Shown here: in pieces, positions 63,072 to 64,000 of the stretch
How positions within the stretch are numbered: the stretch's first letter is position 1
Layout: each line of letters opens with the position of its first letter
Assembly (NCBI RefSeq): GCF_001194135.2
Contig: NC_068988.1
Coordinates: forward strand, 3,025,267-3,089,266
Origin: Octopus bimaculoides
Lineage: Eukaryota
Reading direction: 5' to 3'
DNA length: 64,000 bases
Notes under the pieces: model-generated
What the model saw: the letters and a program-made list of their open reading frames with translations, nothing else
Databases searched by the model: none
Told to the model about the DNA's origin: nothing
Translations under genes and position numbers: made by a program

Positions 63072-63627
63072 TTATCCTGTCACATAATCTTACTACTTCA
63101 ACAATCACTTTATGTATGTATCTCCTAAAACCCTATCAAAGCTACTCACCGAGAAGAATTCATCCCTGTGTTCTTTGCTCAATAAGTTACTGACTTATAC
63201 ACATTTATTGCTCTATAGTGATTCTCTAGCAAACATGAAACTTCTCTCTAATAGCTCAACAATCTCTGAGCACCAACTATTCACCATACTAACCTTAACT
63301 ATGCCAGCTCTAAAGTTTTACACTTGATATGGAGAGGAATTATGGTGTTGGGGTGGTTTGGTATCTGTGAAAATCTAAGTTAGTTTTGACAAAATCTGAA
63401 TTTAGGAGGTAGGCATTTAGTTCTAGTCTCCTATCAATTCGGTTAGCTAAATAATTATTTGTATTACCTCCAAATTGAGCCATTCATACTTAAAATAGGA
63501 GTGGAACAAACTATTGCTCAAATCAGAGTTTTTTCTTTAGTCATATAAACTGGTTATCTTGTCAAGAGCATCAAAGTAAGGAAGTGGGGCTATCAAAACT
63601 CTGAAAATGTGCCTATATATATATTAC

Positions 63628-64000
63628 AGAGGCATCAAGCTGTTAGACCAGGTTATGAAAGTTACGGAGAGGGTCATAGCCCAACTAATTAGGGAGCAAA
63701 TCAATTTAGATGAGATGCAGTTTGGGTTCGTGCCAGGTAAAAGCACCACTGATGCCATATTTCTAATGAGACAGCTGCAGGAGAAATATCTAGCCAAGGA
63801 TAAACCTCTGTACCTGGCCTTCGTTAACATGGAGAAAGCCTTTGACAGGGTCCCCTGATCCCTTATCTGGTGGTCAATGAGGAAACTTGGGATAGAAGAA
63901 TGGTTAGTGAGAGCTGTGCGAGCCATGTACAGAGATGCTGTCAGTAAGGTGAAGGTTGGAAATGAGTACAGTAATGAATTCCGGGTAGAGGTAGGGTTCC
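63628..64000 (+). mobile_element. RTE LINE RT domain (5'-truncated, continues past window)
   Basis: RGIKLLDQVMKVTERV..QFGFVPGKSTTDAIF..LAFVNMEKAFDRVP*SLIWWSMRKLG; one in-frame TGA at 63856. Confidence 0.9.

Overview
AT-rich eukaryotic DNA dominated by repeats and microsatellites, with nine N-gaps (6922-6973, 25149-25223, 33943-34090, 35913-36020, 37369-37438, 40542-40551, 50296-51124, 57719-58095, 61849-62023). The repeat families resemble those I recall from octopus (coleoid cephalopod) genomes; this taxon call is inference. I could not recognise any host protein-coding gene, only a few low-confidence candidate exons, the best being 40746-40811 on the minus strand. Almost every listed ORF is microsatellite translation or a transposon relic. 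Supportable content: RTE-clade LINE fragments (one young 5'-truncated copy), R4/Dong-like and CR1/Jockey-like LINE relics, a hAT transposase relic, a mariner transposase 5' end, mariner, Tigger-like and piggyBac-like (TTAA) MITEs, three tRNA-derived SINE families, and many simple repeats. The main hidden signal is seven type-I hammerhead-ribozyme-like motifs of the kind found in Penelope-like elements and retrozymes: an inverted pair at 1-374 with a long helix II, a compact motif at 23345-23389, a decayed copy at 24147-24181, and three co-oriented, sequence-distinct motifs at 48.9-49.7 kb. Most of these modules run into (TA)n tracts. All structures were identified by eye and need covariance-model and cleavage tests.
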